Assembly: GCA_030704615.1 (NCBI GenBank)
Contig: CM060732.1
Location: 77,438,001 to 77,502,000 of the forward strand
DNA length: 64,000 nucleotides
Reading direction: 5' to 3'
DNA from: Takakia lepidozioides
Lineage: Eukaryota; Plantae; Bryophyta
Shown: piece after piece, positions 26,600 through 39,897 of the stretch
Layout: each line of letters opens with the position of its first letter
How positions within the stretch are numbered: the first letter of the stretch is position 1
Position numbers and translations under genes: made by a program
Notes under the pieces: generated by a model
What the model was told of the DNA's origin: nothing
Databases searched by the model: none
What the model saw: the letters and a program-made list of their open reading frames with translations, nothing else

Positions 26600-27000
26600 A
26601 TGTCACATGGAGCTGTGCACGACGACCATCCCCTGACTGCCAGCCAGGCCTGTAGGATGCTGACTCCTCCCAAAAGTCCAGGGTGAAGCCCATGGGGTAT
26701 AACACTGCCCCACCAACGAGGACATCGTGAGAGACCGCGTCTGTCACAATGGCCTTGGCTCGCATCACTGAGCCATCTCTAGGATGATCCGGCTGCAGTC
26801 TAATGGCCAATTGATGCCGTGTCATGCCCCGAGCCTGCTCTGATCCTCCCAGAGATGTCTGTATCTGGAAAGGACAAGGCTCCATATCCGCCTCCATGAG
26901 GCCCAAACCTGCAATAGCAGCTCTGCCCAACATCAGTGGCTGAGCTCCCGAGTCCAACAAGACCCGTAGTGGCCGGTACTTCTTGCCTGCCGGTCCACTC
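26600..27000 (-). pseudogene. Aspartic protease domain of the DNMT retroelement
   Basis: VLLDSGAQ catalytic motif and DVLVGGAVL C-terminal motif in ORF 25977..27704. Confidence 0.85.
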
Positions 27001-27728
27001 AAAGTAAAAATGCCTCTCTGGTTGTCTAACAAGACAACTCCAGGTGTCACCATGGCGCGCTCAAAGGCTGGCCTAGCTGGCAGCTCCGTCAACCTGGCAG
27101 CTGCAGCTTGCCATGGCGCAGCCGTGGCAGTCTTGACCCTCACATCCGAGGATCCCTCTGCCACTACACCTTCCAGTAACTCCGCAGAAGATGAAGTGAC
27201 CTCCCCACTCTCACAGAGTGTTGCTGCTAGTCTGAACACTGCAACTGGTCTTACCCCCGGCGTCGCAATCATGGTTGCCAAGAACAGTGGGGCTTGACAC
27301 ACAGAGGTGGCTGCCCCCAACAACACACCGGCTGCACTAGCCTTGGCAGCAGGTGTCAGTGCTGCACGTGTAGCTCTCCCCAATGGCATAGAAACCTCCG
27401 CCTCGGTAACAGTCGGGCGAGAACTAGGTGCCATGGATGGCGTTGACACTGTCTCCGCCAAGGTGAATGATTGAGGCAGCCTCGCCTGACGGCTTGCCTC
27501 CCCACGTTGTGGATCCAACTCCACCTCTGCACCTCGTGGCTCAGGAACTCGTGCTGCTCCTCGAGTCACGGCTGCAGCAGACTCCACCTGCTCTTGTGGT
27601 AGTGCTGCTCCGCAAATGAATCCCATGCCTCCCATATCTCCTCCCTCAGGAACAGGAGGTGGACCATCCCGCCTGGGAGCCAGTACCGCCTGAGCTGTAG
27701 CCATGGCAGCGAGCCTCTGCTCTAGCTG

Positions 27729-29195
27729 CTAAAGCCGGTTGGCCATGCCTTGGTCAACACCCTGACCTCCGCGTCCTTGGCCATGTTGAGCTTGCCCTTG
27801 GCCTGCACCTCGTGCCCGACCACCTCGTCCTCTCTGGGCTGGTCCACCTTGCCCTCGGCCACCATTGTTCCCTTGGAACTGGCCTGGGCGCAACTCAGGA
27901 TGCAAGTCATAACACTGGGCATCTCCATGCCCATGCTTGCCACAATGCCCACACTGCAACTGTGCAGGCTGTACTTGTGCCGACCTTTTGCCACTCTCTG
28001 GGCAATCTCTTTTGACATGGGGTCCTCCACATGTCCAACATATCACCCCTCGTTGTTGTTGGCCTGCAAAAGATGCCACGGGCCTCTGCACCCGAGGTCC
28101 CCTGTAAGCTCCATGGAACTTGGGCTGGGCAACCTTGCCCCCCTGACCACGCTGTTGGGCAAGACCTTGTGCCTGTGGGCTGGCAGCTGCGCCTCGTGCA
28201 AGCATGTCCTTGCCAAACCCAATGGTAACAACTCGCTCCTCCACCATGTTGAGCTCAATCCGCTCAGCCAGCAGAAACACATCTGCTAATGTGGGTTGGG
28301 CTGCTTGTAACAGGGTTGCATCCCGTACCCTTCTCTTGAGCTCCTTGTCTAGAATTCCATACCAAAACTGGATTGCCTGAGCTTCAGTAACCCCTTGGGT
28401 CACACTTATCAAGCGCCTCATACGAGTGTACGCCTCTCGCAGGCTCTCACTGGGTTTGCGCTGGAAGTCTTGCAAACTTCGCAGCTTCTCTATCCGTACA
28501 CCTTGGTAGTTCCTCCGCAACTCCTGGAAGAACTCCACCACCGGGTTGAATCTAGGCACATGTGTTGTAGTCGTGGCAGGAAGAGTAGTAGCACCTTTTG
28601 AAGTGGTACCACCTGCAGAAGTACCGGCACTACTTGTTCCACTACTAGTGCTGGTAGTGGGAGATATTGGTACTGATGCAGCTACTGGTCGCGTCGTGCC
28701 TCGAGTAATGGAGACGTAGTCATGTGACCAATACATCCTCCACTCCTCAATCTCTGCTTCATGTCATCGCCTGAATTCGTGGTAATCGTCCATAGGCGGA
28801 CCTTCCAAATGCTGGAACAGTCCCTTCCACGCCATGAATGGGGTGAATATCTGTGGATTGCGCATCTGCTGCAAATCACACCAGCTGTCGAACTCCTGGA
28901 TAAAGTCATCCAACTCGATTGTGCCCACAGCTCCAGAGTACCTACGAGGCCCCTTGGTAGCTCCATACATCTCTTCCATGTCGTCCCACAACAATGGCGA
29001 ATGAAACTGCACACCTGTTGATGAAGCCTCCGAGTCTGTGTCTGACTCTGCACTAGTTGAGGGTGGAGGTGAAGGTGGTCTGAAACGAACACCTCGTCTG
29101 GTGAACCCACTCTCACTGCTACTACCTGTAGCCGTACTCCCCTCAGAACCCATGGGTAACTCCGTGATGACACTCACAATGTGTACCTCCCCCAC
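27729..29195 (-). pseudogene. Gag of the DNMT retroelement
   Basis: Retrotransposon Gag-like helical region (LDDFIQEFDSWCDL..., FQRKPSESLREAYTRMRRL) and two CCHC knuckles (CWTCGGPHVKRDC, CGHCGKHGHGDAQC). In-frame stops at 28764 and 27729. Confidence 0.85.
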
Positions 29196-29715
29196 GTGAC
29201 ACTATAAGGCTCTATTACTAATTCTAATAGTGACACGGGTAGACACCTGTTGCAGTTTAAGGGTCATATCCCAGTGGCTCAGGGCACTTGCACCTGCATC
29301 CACCGCAAGAACTCCTATGGTTGGCTGGTCATCAACCTAGTCTCACCATAGAAGAAACACTGGTGGTCTTACTGGTCATCACTCCAGCCTCACCACCGAC
29401 AGCATACTCTAGGATTGACCGGTGATCAAATCCGGCCTAATCCCTATGAAAGCAAGCGCCCACACAAAAACAACATGGCGCACAGTCAAGCATGCAGGTA
29501 TTGGGGGGGATCCAAACACAAGAAATCAAAACATCAACACCCCCACACCAAAATCCAGCAGCAACGCTGATCCTGCAGAATATCCCAGCCCAAAACCCCA
29601 GACTGACTGGCCTCCACCAAGAGAGGCTTTGACAACTACAAGTACAAGGTAATGAAAATAGTACAGAGATGGAGGGGAAGAATAGAAGCCCGACCAAGCA
29701 AGATCTAATCCTGAT

Positions 29716-30464
29716 CTATGCTATCAACTGCCAGACTTCTCTCAAAGTGCCTCGCTCTGCATGATGGTAAGGTGTAGAAGGTATATCTATGTCCAGAAAC
29801 CTGCCACTAACCTTGTCCCAAGCTACAATAGCTCGCTCTAACCAACCCTTCTCCTCTTTCTGCCAAGTAGAGACAAAGCAATACTCCCCTATCTCCCGCT
29901 CACTAAACACTAAAGAAAACAAAGGTAGGGTCTGATAGTCTCTCAACTCAAAAGCTTTGAGACGGTTGCGGGTGTCATCATTGCGAATGATTGCATCTCC
30001 TTCAAACAGAACAAACTTGTCCTCGCTAATGAACCCCCGCTCGTGGTTGCCTTGTGCAGAGCGTGTCCGGCTACAACGCTGTCTGATTGCACAAACTTGT
30101 GTAGCTCCTGCTCCTCTACTCCAATACACCACAACCTTGTGGCTGAACACTTGGTCCCTGGGGCTGTCTTTGGCTGTGTTCCAAGCCTAGCTTTCACCCA
30201 CTTTGGTATTTCACCTACAGCTGCAGAACTGCTGGCTCCAACAGAGTTCTGGCTGTCCAAAGCAATATTGAGGCCCTCAACGCCAACTACAACAGTTTGT
30301 TGTCCACTGCTAATGCCTGACTCCCAGTATGCAATCAACTCGTCCAACTGTTCTCCACTCAAATCAGTCTGAGTTCCTTGGGAAACATAAATCCTGTCCC
30401 CTTGTGTGCACAGGCTAAGAGAAGAGACCTGCCCTTCAATTACGTCCTCATTTCCCCCAGCCAT
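29716..30464 (-). pseudogene. Extra sense-strand ORF upstream of Gag, probably one ~250-aa protein broken by a frameshift; unknown function
   Basis: Overlapping minus-strand ORFs 29943..30464 and 29716..30150 with globular-looking sequence; no family recognised. Confidence 0.4.
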
Positions 30465-32627
30465 ACAAGGAGTACATCCACAGATTTGTCTCTCATATAG
30501 ACCAGCACAGGTTCAAGAAACAGGATTGTGGATCTTTCATGGCACACTCACACTCTAAAAATTCCATAGATTTCTAGCAGAGTCCAAAAAAAAACTAAAA
30601 CCAGATAGGTAGATTTCCCCTTTCTGCAGCTATCCCCGCAAAAACTGTACCAAACGGAGCTCATATGACAAAGATATGACCAATTAGGCTCTAAATCATT
30701 CGAATTAGATCAAAAAGTTTTTTTTTTTTTTTTTTTTTTTTTAACACCAAAACGTTCTCGCAGGTTCCCGATTTTCCATCTGAACAGCCCGTCTCGAGTT
30801 CTCTACACATGGGCGGGTCTTGGGGAATTACGATGAATACAGTGGCACGCTGAAGCTCAGCAGCAGGTAGACAATGTGTCCGTTAATGTAAAGAGCCTGG
30901 CAGATCGACAGTTTGAAACGATCAATGCTTCATCTCCTGTTATGCCATTCGCATCAGCCTGCCGTAGACTGTCTGTCAGCCAATATCCGAGTTCAATCGT
31001 GCAAGCAGAAATCTACCAGAAATCTATCAACCGGCTACTGATTCCATAAATACTGGCAACTCCCATTCCGGATCTGTACTCAATGGATCAGTATAGAGTG
31101 GCTGCCCTTAGGGCGCGCATCATCCCAACCAGGGTAATCTGCACTGAAGCCGAGATGACACTTGAAGCGGCTGCTTCCACAATGCTCCCTCTTTGGTGCA
31201 TTCATCGTGCTAATCTAGCACTGCCCAAACCACGCCACAACTCTCGTTGGTGCAGGAAGTATGGCTGCCGCATTGCAGGTCTCGGGTCAGGCTCTCCATA
31301 GCCTAGGCGTGCAAATTGCTGCTGATATTGGGGCTGCCTTCAAATTGACTGCCAATAGGCCCGAACCTGTTTCATTAAAACCGAGACTGTCGAATTTCCG
31401 TCCAAAAAATGCTAGTGGGTATTTGCCATGACAACACCTGACAATGTATGAAAGCCCACCATAAAATCCGAATATCTTCAATCAGAAGTTGGAATTCGTA
31501 ATGGCCTCCATTCTGGTCTGTTTCATCGCCCCTTTGGCCTGCTTCATGATCAGCTCCTATGCTTGTTGGACAGCACCTTAATTACGCACTTGCTAGAAAA
31601 TCTAGCCTGACCCCGTCCATCCATTTGCTTGCTTCCTCGCGATGTGCAGCCAGACAACCTCACATCAACCAGCCCACAACCACTCCTTCATGGTGGCTGG
31701 GCTATAGTCGCACACCGACTTCCCACCCATTGCTAGTAACCACCAGTGACTCTGATGTGAGTTGGCTGACCAGCTCTACAACGTTCAATGCTAGGACGAA
31801 TGGTAAGTCCCCGCAAGTATAATCACAGGTTTCGGGGTCTTTAAACTTCAGGCCCGGATTGTTGTCTTAGGCCTCATTCATCAACCTCCGTGCACCATAT
31901 ACATCTTGGTCTGCCTTATAACACCAGCCGCAATGACTATATCTTATTTTTGTGCACTGCTGACCACCACCAAAATGTGCAACTGAAAGCAGACCGTAAC
32001 ATATGTTGCCATTTTGGCTGGCCGTGGTGGCCGCTCAAGACGTGATCTTAGTCAACATGGTTGAACCGCAACAAGTTCATCTATTTATGTTGTGGTTCAC
32101 TGAAGATCTGGACATCTGCAGATCTGAAGTTCCACTACATCTCTTCGTTTCTTTTCTTTGTCTTCTTTGCTACCACATCTCCACTAGATTGATCATGAAC
32201 TCACATCTAGGAGCGTCATATGAGGTTGCACATTAACAATACGCTTCTGTTGGTCCCATCAACATCCAGGCAAATGCAAACAGCTCATCGCACTTAGGTA
32301 GTGGTCACAACAACAATGGAACTACCTGCATGATGGTATTCTCATATTTGCGGCTGAAGATGAAGGTCACGGGCAACACCTTTAACGCGCTCCTCACATA
32401 CTAGCTTGTAGCTGGATAACAACAGAGATATAGCTGATAGGCTTATCGAGCCTCACCACCAGCCACTCTGAAAACTGCTCAAATGCTCCACAACACAAAT
32501 CCGTGCACAGCTTATGGGAGCCGTGTATGCATCCTTCTCATGCGCAACCTCAGCTTTCAAACCACGTGAGAGTCCACGATTCCCATTTCCGCTAGACACC
32601 ACCCCAATCGATGCCCAACGCATAGGA

Positions 32628-35600
32628 TGTCGCGCACCTCACTTCGGTAAGCTCCCCTTCAAGTCATAGTTACTCGCTTTGATGCGCGCGCCTGACTCCC
32701 AACCTGGCCGCCCGGGCCAACTTGGAGCTTCGGCTGCTCACCGGGACATAACGGTCCCCCCCTTTGCTCCCGCCTAAACCCTCCACCTAATTGGGACTAG
32801 GAGAATTCCCTTTGGTAGATGGCAGTCCGGAACAGCTCCCCACTCTTTGGTCGCTTTCCGGCTCGCTCGCTGGCTCACTAGTTTTTGGTCACCAACGGGC
32901 TTGCACCGTTCTCGGGGTTACTACTCCCTATATATACTTCTGTAGCTGTCCGCGGGGGTTCCACAACCAGCCATGCCATTTTATGGCGAACCACCACGAA
33001 AACCCTCGACTCCCGGTGATGAGTCGCGGTGAGTCTTGGCCCGCTCACCACGGCCCCTATGGACCGTGATGAGTCCCAAGACTCCCCACGACTCCCACCA
33101 CGAGGTCTCCGCCCCCATAGTGAGTCCTATGCCACCCCCACTAAGTCCCGCTAAGCTACCACCACCCCTTGTGGAGCCACCCCCACCGCAACCCGGTGTG
33201 CGGGGCTCCACCTAGTGAGCGCCTCCGCCTCCTTGAGTGCCTTGGGCACTCAAGGGTGCTTCAGCCTCCCCCATACCTATCGCTGCCGCTGCCCCCACCA
33301 CAGGGGCAGCCCCTCATGTGTCCCGACCCCCTGCCCTCAAGGCAAAGGGCCGCGACACACACCCCTACCACAGGGAGTCGATGTCCTCATCGACTTGTCC
33401 ATTTTGTAGAAACGAACATCCAAGTTGTGGCGTCCCACATCAAGGAGTTTGTTTCTGTACCATGGCGTCCCATGGCAAAGAACCAAACCCCACACTTGAC
33501 TCTACTCTCCACTAGCTAGTTCGGCCGACTTCCTCTAAGTCCCGGCCAAGGGTGGAGCCTCTCCAGCTCCTCCCAGTGCACTCTTCTTGGCCTACTTCAA
33601 GGCCAAGGAACGATCCTCCCCGAGGATCGAATCGCCTTACTGCAACAACATTGCTTGCGATCACTCATGATGCCGCTTTTGGCATAACCTTGAGCAAGGG
33701 TTCACCTAGAACCCTCTTTGACTAGGAAGATAACCTTGAACCAACCGTGCGCCCCAATCACTACAATTGGGTCCGCCTTGGAATGCTGGCCTGAGGTACG
33801 GGAACACGCCGAAGCCGCACTACGACTTCGTCCCGAGGCTACACGATTATAGTACGTGAACGGAAGCACGTAGCTTCCGCGTTAGCCCGCACTACAAGGC
33901 AACCCCCTCGGTAGCGCAGTTATAGTACGCGCACGCGCCAGGTGCGCACTACGTGAACTCCCAAAGAAGTCGCAAGTTTCCTTGCCCCTTGGATGGGGGT
34001 CACCCGATTTCGGCACTACGCAAACACACGATTAACCCAATTTACCTCTCCCACTTTTATAAGCTAGCATGCATTCTACACACTAGCCAACCATACCATG
34101 CATCACCATTCCAAACAAAATAGGACGCACAACATTTGGAACCCATTTCCTTTATAACAAATTTTTGTACAATACAAGTTTTTGTAATCGGATTCCTAAG
34201 CTAGCTAAACCGGGCTAAGCATGCATTTCCTCCCCCACGCTCCAAGGTTGATGTCCCCATCAATGTTTCTTCTGCTTTTGAGGTCGCCCTTCGAAAGCTG
34301 CAACCGCTTCGGATGCGTTTCCCATTTCTGAGGCACGCACCCAAGATGCCTCCACATGATGATAGCCCTTCCATTTGACGAGATACTCCGTTTCTCGGTT
34401 TTTGAAGCTCCTCGACTTAAGTATTGCCTCCACCTCGTACTCAGGTTCATTTTCATGATCCAACAGCATAGGTGGCGGACGCAACACTTGATGTCGATTC
34501 GGACGCGCTTCATCTTTGAAGTAAGGCTTCAAAAGGGAGACATGGAATACTAGGTACACCTTGCTGTTTGCCGGCAGCTCCAATTCATACACATCCTTAT
34601 TCATAACCTTCTGAATGCGAAAGGGTCCCGCATACGGAGGTACGAACTTTGGACTCACTTCCGGAGGTAGTCGGAAATTCTTGATGTTCAACCAGACCTC
34701 TGTGCCTGCCTCAAACTTCACTTCCCTCCACTTCCGATTCGCCTGCCTTTCATACCGTTTCCTAGCTTTGGCAATGTTGTACTTTACGAGCTTCAACAAA
34801 CGCCCGCGTTCTTCCAGTATCGCCGCTACTGCCGGTTCCTCAACGTCCTGGGCGGCCCAACTTGTCGGCACCAGAGGTGCTTTTCCATAGACCAATACGA
34901 AAGGGGAAACTCCTGTTGCGGAGTGTTCTGTGTTATTATAACAGAACTCTGCCGCGTCTAAGTGTTCCATCCAGTCTGATTGGTCTGCCGACACGTAATT
35001 CCGCAAGAATTGCTTCACTATGGAATTCACTCTTTCCGTTTGGCCGTCCATCGTAGGTCGGAAGGCGGTGCTCATCTTCAGCCTCGTCCCCATCTTCTTC
35101 CAAAGTGTCCTCCAAAATTTACTCGTAAACTTTGGATCGCGATCCGAGACAATATCCTTCGGGACTCCATGATGCTTTAAGACGTGGGCGAAGTAAAGTC
35201 GCCCTGTCTCCTACGCCGTTGCCGTCTCCTTGGTAGGGATGAAATGGCCCATTTTACTGAACCTATCCACCACCACCATGATTGCATCGAATCCTTTTGA
35301 CAGCGGCATAGCAGTCATGAAATCCATCGAGACGCTTTCCCAAGTCCCCTCTGGAATCGGCAAGGGTTGTAACAGCCCCGCTTGCTTTTTGTACTCGCTC
35401 CGGTTTTGTTGGCATGTGGTGCATGTCTTGACATACTCCTCTGCCTCCTCCCTCAATTTGGGCTAGAAATACTCTTTCTTCAAGAGTGCCGCAGTGCGCT
35501 TGGCTCCGCCGTGGCCCGCAAGCGGGCTATCATGGCATTCTCTCAAGAGGCTATCCCTGATCCCTCCCTTCGGCACGTAGAGGCGCTTTTGCTTATACCG

Positions 35601-38600
35601 GAGCAGTCCATTTTACAAGTGGAACTGCGATTTAACCCCCGTCCTCAAGTCCTGCATCACGTACTTCGCCAGCTCATCCTTCCGGCAAGCCTTCCGGATC
35701 TTCCTTTGGAGCGCCGTCTCGCCCTTGTACACCAACAAGAGCTGCTGCTTTCTACTTAAAGCATCGGCCACCACGTTGTCTCTTCCCGGTTTGTACTGGA
35801 TATCCACGTCGAACACCGCCAAAGTATCTTGCCACCTAAGTTGTTTTGGGGACAACTTGGGCTGCGTGGCAAAATACTTCACCGTGACATTGTCCGTGAA
35901 CACCTTCACTGGGTTGGAACCAACATAGTGGCGCCAAAGCTCAAGACAGTGCACCACCGCCTTCATCTCTTTTTCGTGCATTGGCCACCGTCGCTCCACT
36001 TCATTCAGTTTCTTACTTTCGTAAGCCACTGGACGTCCATCTTGCATCAGTACACCCCCAATCGCGAAGTCCGACGCATCTGTATGTATCTCGAATGGAC
36101 GATCGAACTCCGGGATTTTCAAGACTGGAGCTTCCGCCATCTGCTGCTTCAATTCAGCAAAAGCTTGGCCACAAAAGGTGTTCCATGCCCAGAAGGTCTG
36201 ACAACGGCCCCACGATCTTGGCGAAATTTCTCACATACTTCCGGTAATAGGAGGCGAGTCCAAGGAAGGATCGCACTCCCGGGACCGAAGTCGGAGGCTC
36301 CCAGTCCAAGATCGCCCTCACCTTTCTGTCATCCATTTTGATCCCATCCTGTGTAATCACATGCCCCAAGAACTCCACTTTCGTGACCCCGAATTCGCAC
36401 TTTGAAGCTTTGGCGTACAGCTTCCCTTCTCGCAATTTCTGGAACACCCTTTTGAGGTGCTCCAGGTGCTCCTCCTTTGTTTTCGAATACACCAAGATGT
36501 CGTCGATGTACACGATCACAAAGTCATCCAACCACTCCTGGAAAAGGCTGTTCATCAGCGTGCTAAATGTCGCTGGTGCATTGGTGAGCCCAAAAGGCAT
36601 CACCAAGAACTCATATGAACCATACCTTGTCCTGCACGCGGTCTTCTCCTCATCTCCTTCCGCCACCCGAATTTGGTGGTAGCCGGAGCGCAAGTCGATC
36701 CGGCTAAAATACTTCGCTCTTGCCAACCGATCGAAGAGGTCGTCGATCATTGGCAAAGGGTACCGGTTTTTGATAGTCACCTTATTCAGAGCCCTGTAAT
36801 CGACACACATCCGCAGCGTCCCATCTTTCTTGTCTGCAAATAGCACCGGGGCTCCGTAAGGTGACTTACTCGGCCGGATGTACCCCTTTGACATTAGATC
36901 CTTGAGCTGAGTCTTCAGCTCGACCAACTCTCTGTGGCTCAACCGGTAGGGCGCCTTGGCAGGTGGTTCCGATCCCAGTATCACCTCAATCTTGTGGTCA
37001 ACTCCTCTTCGCGGTGGCAAGCCGCTTGGTAAATCCTCCGGCATCACATCCTGGTATTTCTCCAAAATCCCTTGATCCAATCTGGGCTCGGCTCCCCATC
37101 GCCTTCTCCTTTCACTTCTCTAATGTAAAGCAAAAACTGGGGCTCGTGTACCTCCTCCACGGCCCACTCCTTTGCTGACAGAAGGTTTATTCGCCCTCCC
37201 ACGGATTTGGGCGTTTCTGTCACTCGTAAAACCTCGCCACCATTCCAACATGGCAGCGTAACTACTCTCTTGCGGCCATCTATGACTACTCCGGATTTGC
37301 TCAAAAAGGTCATCCCCAAAATGAGATCCACTCCATCGATCTCGCAGATGGTGAAGTTCTCACGTCCCTCCCAACTCCCCAGTTGAAGAGGAACATCAAT
37401 CGCCAACCTTGTCACCAACTGTGGTTCTCCTTTGGCAGAACGCACCTCAATAGAGGCCCCCACGTCACTTGTCGGGAGTCCCAGCTTTTGTGCCGTTGCC
37501 GGTGTCATGAAGGAGTGCGACGCTCCTGTGTCCACCAACAACGACACATTAGTTCCGGATATTATCCCATCCACGAACAATAACTGACTCCCTTTTCGTA
37601 AGGCGCCAGTTTCCTGATACAACTCACAAGAAAAATTGCCTACCTTGCAAGTCCTGGCGACCACCGCTTCCACCAAGCGACTGATGGTATCTTCCGACAG
37701 CTCCGTGGTCGCCCGAGTCATGTTCAATTGCCGGGGCTTCGTGCACTTCTTGGCCATGTGCCCGGGCTCCCCGCAATTGAAACACACTCCATCAAAGGTC
37801 GTCTTCTGTCCGCCATAAGCCACTCCACCCGCTTTTCCTTTCGAAGCTCCGGGTGCCGCCTTGACGTGTGAAGGCCCTCCCTTCGATTTCCACGTGCCAT
37901 TTTCGCCGCGTGGCCTATCCCACTTCTTTTCCGGTCGGAAGGAGTCACCTTCCCGCCGAATCTTCTTGTGGTTCAGCTCCGTACGGCCTTGTCTTTCACC
38001 CCTAGGGACATCCGAGAAACATTCAGCCCTCTCAATTGCCTCGTTCAAAGTCTTGGGTGGCTTCTCCTCCAACTTCCGCCTGGCCCATGGGGCCAGTCCC
38101 GCCACAAAGTTGAAGACCATTTCTGGTTCTGCCATGTCCGCGACTTCGAGTAACAGCACATTGAAAGCCTGGACATACCCCCGAATGTCATCTGTTTGCT
38201 TCAAATTCCTCATCTTGTCTCGGGCAAGCCAGGACGCGTTGAGGGGCACAAACTGTCTCTTCATCAATTCCTTGAACCCACTCCAGTTCAAGGTTTCCGG
38301 GCTTGGACCTCGGTCGTGAAGGCGTTTCTGCCACCATTGTTGAGCATAGCCCCTCAAATAGGTGGGAGCCACTTCCACCCGATCCTCGTCACTCAACTTG
38401 GCCGCCCGGAAGTACTGCTCTAGCTCCAGGAGCCAGGTGTTGAGTGCCTTCCGATTTCGGACGCCCTCGAAGGTGCCGGGTTCTTTAGGCTTCACCTTAA
38501 ACTTTGCCTTAGTGGAAGTGGCATTAGCCGCCTCAACACGTCTTTTAACGTCCCGCCAAACTACGCCAACAACCCTTCCCAAAAGGCAGCCGGCATGGGA

Positions 38601-39588
38601 GGCATCTCTTGGTTTGTCGGAGCTCTCAAGGATTCCTTGGGCTCCGACTCCTCGGATTCCTCCCGCTCTTGAGCGGCCTCGTTTTCGGAAACATGCATCG
38701 CTTCCTCAAACGGCCGCCTCGGTGACACGTCGCCCCCATCGGGCTCACCGGGATCATCATCTTTTGGGCCGTTCCGCTTTCGCTTCGGCTTGCCCGACCC
38801 CATGATGAGGCCAATCCCAAGGACGATCGCGTACTGAACTCTAAGCTCTGATACCAAGTGTCGCGCACCTCACTTCGGTAAGCTCCCCTTCAAGTCATAG
38901 TTACTCGCTTTGATGCGCGCGCCTGACTCCCAACCTGGCCGCCCGGGCCAACTTGGAGCTTCGGCTGCTCACCGAGACATAACAGTCCCCCCCTTCGCTC
39001 CCCTCTAAACCCTCCACCTAATTGGGACTAGGAGAATTCCCTTTGGTAGATGGCAGTCCGGAACAGCTCCCCACTCTTTGGTCGCTTTCCGGCTCGCTCG
39101 CTGGCTCACTAGTTTTTGGTCACCAACGGGCTTGCACCGTTCTCGGGGTTACTACTCCCTATATATATTTCTGTAGCTGTCCGCGGGGGTTCCACAACCA
39201 GCCATGCCATTTTATGGCGAACCACCACGAAAACCCTCGACTCCCGGTGATGAGTCGTGGTGAGTCTTGGCCCGCTCACCACGGCCCCTATGGACCGTGA
39301 TGAGTCCCAAGACTCCCCACGACTCCCACCACGAGGTCTCCACCCCCATGGTGAGTCCTATGCCACCCCCACTAAGTCCCGCTAAGCTACCACCACCCCT
39401 TGTGGAGCCACCCCCACCGCAACCCGTTGTGCGGGGCTCCACCTAGTGAGCGCCTCCGCCTCCTTGAGTGCCTTGGGCACTCAAGGGTGCTTCAGCCTCC
39501 CCCATACCTATCGCTGCCGCTGCCCCCACCACAGGGGCAGCCCCTCATGTGTCCCGACCCCCTGCCCTCAAGGCAAAGGGCCGCGACA
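32628..39588 (-). mobile_element. Nested Ty3/gypsy chromovirus, full length, mildly decayed
   Basis: 730-bp LTRs at 32628-33357 and 38859-39588 (TGTCGCG...CGCGACA, about 10 differences). 5-bp TSD TAGGA at 32623-32627 and 39589-39593. tRNA-iMet PBS TGGTATCAGAGC at 38845-38856. Confidence 0.96.
34260..38857 (-). pseudogene. Chromovirus gag-pol: Gag(CCHC)-PR-RT-RH-INT-chromodomain, with frameshifts and stops
   Basis: CFNCGEPGHMAKKC, LLVDTGASH, YIDD, HTDASD, DGQTERVN, GPF motif, and chromodomain YEVEAIL...YLVKWKGY...SW. Breaks near 38570, 37060, 36190, 35613 and 35211. Confidence 0.93.
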
Positions 39589-39897
39589 TAGGAGCCCACC
39601 GTGCAATATCCATGTCCAGGCCACAGACTCTCTTGCCTCCATGGATTTGCTTGTGTTGGGTGTTTGAGACAAGCGGCGGCCACACCACACTGTGTGGGAA
39701 GCTCTACAACGAGTGCGGTGTTGAAGCCTTGGACAACGGAACCATTGAACTTGAACTAAGAAATGAGCTTACGCATACACACACTGCTGTACGAATCTAC
39801 AGACTCATATAATACTTGCAAGCTATATTATAATAGTGCTAAAACAAACATCCTATCTAGCTTAGCACTACAAACCTAGATAGGCATCTCTCTCGAG

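Noticed and set aside
30750-32627. Further protein-coding cargo in the element's 5' region
   Set aside because: Only short, stop-ridden frames are present and no motif was recognised; left unassigned.
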